The notes beneath the pieces are model-generated. The model was not told the DNA's origin. It worked only from the letters and a program-made list of their open reading frames with translations, and did no database searches. A stretch of 64,000 nt of DNA from Octopus vulgaris (lineage: Eukaryota), in contig OX597817.1 of assembly GCA_951406725.2 (NCBI GenBank), positions 100,812,001-100,876,000 on the forward strand, read 5' to 3'. A program made the position numbers and the translations under genes. Shown one piece after another: positions 60,564 to 64,000 of this stretch. Positions within the stretch are counted from its first letter, which is position 1; every line of letters begins with the position of its first letter.

Positions 60564-61995
60564 AAGTCGTTATGTTTACATTGAGCGGAGATCAGGTAAT
60601 AAGTGATTTCTTCCGGTGTAAGGGAGATAATCGCTTAAAATTATTTGCCTTTCTTTTGGACTAAGTTTCTCTGTATAAGTATGTTGGAATGGTTAAGTTT
60701 GGGCCTGTATTTTTCAATGAAGAATGTTTCCTTGTTTAGTCTAATTTGTGTTGGTGTTCCGATGGCACATTGGTAGAATGGAAAGATTAGAAATTGTAGT
60801 AGTAGTTGTTTTGCGCATTTCTCAATGTGCTCACTAAAGGGTATCATTCTGTATTCTGGGAATGCAATCTGTTGTCGATGCAGTGTGCATCTACGTCTGA
60901 GTGATAGTCCCGTGGACCCCACATAGTCTTGGTGGCAGCCCGAGCATTTTATGACATAAATTATGTTTTCAGAGGCACAAGTAAAATTAGATTTGATCTT
61001 GAATTTCTGTCCCTCTTTGAAGAGGAATTCTGATCCTTCTAGCAGGTTTGTACATGTTGCACACTTCGGTCTACCACATTTTTTTTACTTTTGCATCCGT
61101 AATTTCAGAAAACAATTTTGCCTTTGTGAGAATCTTTTTAAGTGATTTAGGTTGTTTGTAGCTTTTAATGATTTGGTGTATGTTTAGAATTTCCTTTAAT
61201 TTGGGGTCCTTATGAAGTATTGGTAAATTCTGGGTGATGATGGTGAAGGCTTCTTTGTTTCTGGGGTTGTATGTGGATATGTAAGGTAGTATTTTCGGGC
61301 AGGTGTGTTGTTGTGTTGAACTTTTCTTAAAGTTTCTATGTTGATTTCTGTTGCACGTCTGATCCCATCCTCTATGAGTTGAGCTGGGTAATGTCTGTCA
61401 ATTAGGGTGTTTTTGAGTTCTTGCAGTCTAAAGTTCCTGGTATTTTGTTCTGACACTATTGTGCATATCCTTCTTGCAAGGTTGAAGGGGATGTTTGTTT
61501 TAGTGTGTCTTGGGTGGCATGAATTAAAAAGAAGGTATTGTTTGGCGTCTGTGGCTTTGTAAAAAATGCCTGTTTCTATTTTAAGGTTAATTTTTTAAAT
61601 TTGTATATCCAAGGATGGGAGCTCCTTTTGGTTGTATCCCATTGTGAACTGTATATTTGGGTTTATGCTGTTCAATAGGTTTTTAAATTTTATAAGTTTA
61701 TCTGTGTTTTCATTCCAGAGTATAAAATAATCGTCCAGGAATCGTTTCCAATTCTCTTTTATGTATTGAGAGAGGGGGTTTCCAAAGATTGATAAAGATT
61801 CCTGGTAAATGATTATTTCCAGGTAGCCCATTATTAGGTTCGCAATGACTGGTGCTGTCCTTGTACCCATAGCAATTCCGGATTTTTTACGGTAAAATGT
61901 ATTGTCAAACATGAATAATTTTAAGCGATTATCTCCCTTACACCGGAAGAAATCACTTACTACCTGTACTCCGCTCAATGTAAACATAACGACTT

Positions 61996-62035
61996 AAGAA
62001 TTTTGAAAAGCTGTACGCGAAACCGGTTATTTCTT
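61996..62035 (+). ncRNA. Second copy of the minimal hammerhead motif in the inverted pseudo-LTR
   Basis: Same motif; one mismatch in stem I (AAGAATT). Confidence 0.62.
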
Positions 62036-62201
62036 CTAAACTATATCATTGTATGAAAAAAATTTATAACATTCTTCAGACATATTGACTCAGATATATA
62101 TATATATTAACCTTTTAAAACAAGCCTTCTGTAGTTTTTTCACTTTTTACTATTTTCTATATATTCAACCACGTGCTTTCACAAACCAACTTTCTCATCT
62201 A

Positions 62202-62269
<68 letters not shown>

Positions 62270-62271
62270 CG

Positions 62272-62615
62272 TCCAGACCACCAGCCCTCTTTCACACGCA
62301 CATACATACTCTCTTATACACACACGCACCTTTATGTTGGTGGTCATCTTTACCTTGTTATCTCCCCTACTTTCCTCCTCGTGTTTGACCCTTCTGTCCG
62401 GCACTAGTCGCCATGATAGATCGTTAGCCACTACACACACCTTTTCTTTTCTCTCTCCTTGTTTCACTCCTTGTTTTTTCTGTGTCCCTTTTTGTAGAAG
62501 AGCGTAGGCTCGAAACGTAAAAGACTTTTTCTATTCCTGAGCGTTATACTAATAAATCTGTTTGTTTTGTACACCACCTGTTTTCGTCTTTTGTTTTTTT
62601 CGTAAACTCTCCCTA
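62272..62615 (+). mobile_element. Probable Penelope pseudo-LTR-derived repeat
   Basis: Between (TA) tracts; hammerhead-like GAGC gtag GCTC GAAACGTA; downstream AATAAA and T-rich tail. Confidence 0.45.
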
Positions 62616-63434
62616 TATATATCACACGCTCACGTGGTCGCACTTGTTGATCCTATCTTTTCTCACCACTACGAACTTCTCCACTGGACTCTTTACCTAC
62701 TCTACCATTTACGGATTCATTTGGATACTTACCCACCGGCTGCACCTCTCCTACACACGAATCACAGTGGACTCTACTCTTGATGAGAAATCCTTGCAAT
62801 ACACCACGACGTCTAAAAACCTTTGAACTTTACGTAAAGCTGCTGCTATTATTGTCATTACTTTATTTTTATATTTTCTAAACTTTCCTGTATTCTTTGG
62901 TCTTTCCTTCTGTCGTCCCTTCCTTCTCTGGATGTCCTTACTCTGTTTTCTCTAGTTTGCACCCGTTATTTTGCCCCCTCTCCCTCTGTTTCCTTTCTTT
63001 TTTCTCCTCATCTCCCCCCTTTCTCCTCACTTTCTATTTATTCCATCTTCATCGCTTTTATTTTCTCCCACCTTGCATATATTTTCTTCTCCTCACGCCG
63101 TTTTCTTCTTATTATTCTTTTATTTATTTATTTATTTATTATTATTATTTATTTATTTTTTTATATATTTATTTATTTATTTTATTTTATTTTATTTTTT
63201 AATTTAATTTAATTTAATTCATTTTTTCTTAAATTTTAATTTGATTTAATTTAATTTATTTTTATTTATTTTTTAACTTTTTTTTATTTATTTTAAAAAA
63301 TTTTAATTTAATTTAATTTTATTAAAATTTTTTTTCAAGCGCTTGTGCTTCTTTCTCTCACACCTTTTGTATGTTTCCTTTCCACGTTTAATTCCCTCCC
63401 CGCTTGATTTTTTTCCTCTCCTTGTTATACCACC

Positions 63435-64000
63435 ATGCCGGACTATAAATCCTACCTCCTCACTCTCCACCATTGCCTAAAACAAAACCTCTGTTTACTT
63501 CCTTCCCACTGCTTTCAGCCGTCCATTAACCTCTCTTTACTCATTAAAAAAAACGCTTCTCTAGCCAGGTTTCATTTCTCAGTCGCTGCTTACATCACTG
63601 CCTCATCCCTAAAGGTTTCCGCTTCCATTTCTACCCCACTCTCCACTCTGCTTCATCCATTCTACCCATACTCAGTACCACATCCCAGTGGACGCCTGTT
63701 CCTGGCCAGTTCCAAGCAGTGGATCTTTTTGTGGGCGCCTCTCAGCGCGCTTTGGAGCGGTTCAACTTCTCCAGGCGCTCCCGTCACCTCAACATCTCCC
63801 CAGCCGAACTCTCGGCTTTTCGTTCCCTCCGACGGCGCACTGACATCGTTATTAAACCGGCCGACAAGGATGGAGTTGTGGTGGTATGGCGCGCGGACTT
63901 CTACAGGGCCGAAGCTCTCCGCCAACTCCATGACACCTCCTTCTACGGCCCTCTGTCCTCTGACCCCACGCCTAGCTACCAACAGACGGTCTCCTCTACC
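63435..64000 (+). mobile_element. N-terminal part of a second Penelope-like ORF (runs off the window)
   Basis: Frame open 63548-64000: FLSRCLHHCLIPKGF...SQWTP...NISPAELSAFRSLRRRTDIVIKPADKDGVVVVW...RQLHDTSFY; upstream ATG 63435 is out of frame across an A8 run. Confidence 0.85.

Larger units (their letters stand above)
60406..62199 (-). mobile_element. 5'-truncated Penelope-like element (Neptune-type) with inverted pseudo-LTR
   Basis: RT GIAMGTRTAPVIANL, WKRFLDDYF; thumb SCHPRHTKTNIPF; linker CGRPKCATC; GIY-YIG NIIYVIKCSGCHQDYVGST; inverted arms 60406-60645 / 61914-62155; (TA)n flanks. Confidence 0.93.

Noticed and set aside
63662-63982. Minus-strand 106-aa ORF as a gene
   Set aside because: Antisense shadow of the plus-strand Penelope ORF

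Overview
AT-rich, repeat-saturated eukaryotic (metazoan) DNA. No host protein-coding gene could be supported. The mix of long (ATT)n/(TA)n/(CA)n microsatellites, tRNA-derived SINEs, Dong/R4 and CR1-like LINEs and Penelope-like elements resembles an octopus/cephalopod genome (inference). Bases ~2.6-27.4 kb are a near-identical tandem duplication of a ~12.4 kb unit with breakpoints in (ATT)n tracts. Each unit carries several Dong/R4 remnants, a full-length U6 snRNA copy abutting a SINE, and a ~620 bp LINE-derived foldback. A nearly full-length, inactivated Dong/R4 element (RT + restriction-like endonuclease) sits between (ATT)n tracts at 27.45-31.15 kb. The right half holds mariner/Tc1, hAT, Helitron, CR1-like and L1/Tx1-like remnants, SINEs in (TA)n, and three Penelope-like loci. 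Two of these have inverted pseudo-LTRs with recognisable minimal hammerhead ribozyme motifs, one with a U3-A8 compensatory core. Boundaries of degraded elements are approximate; all assignments come from motif reading, not database searches.
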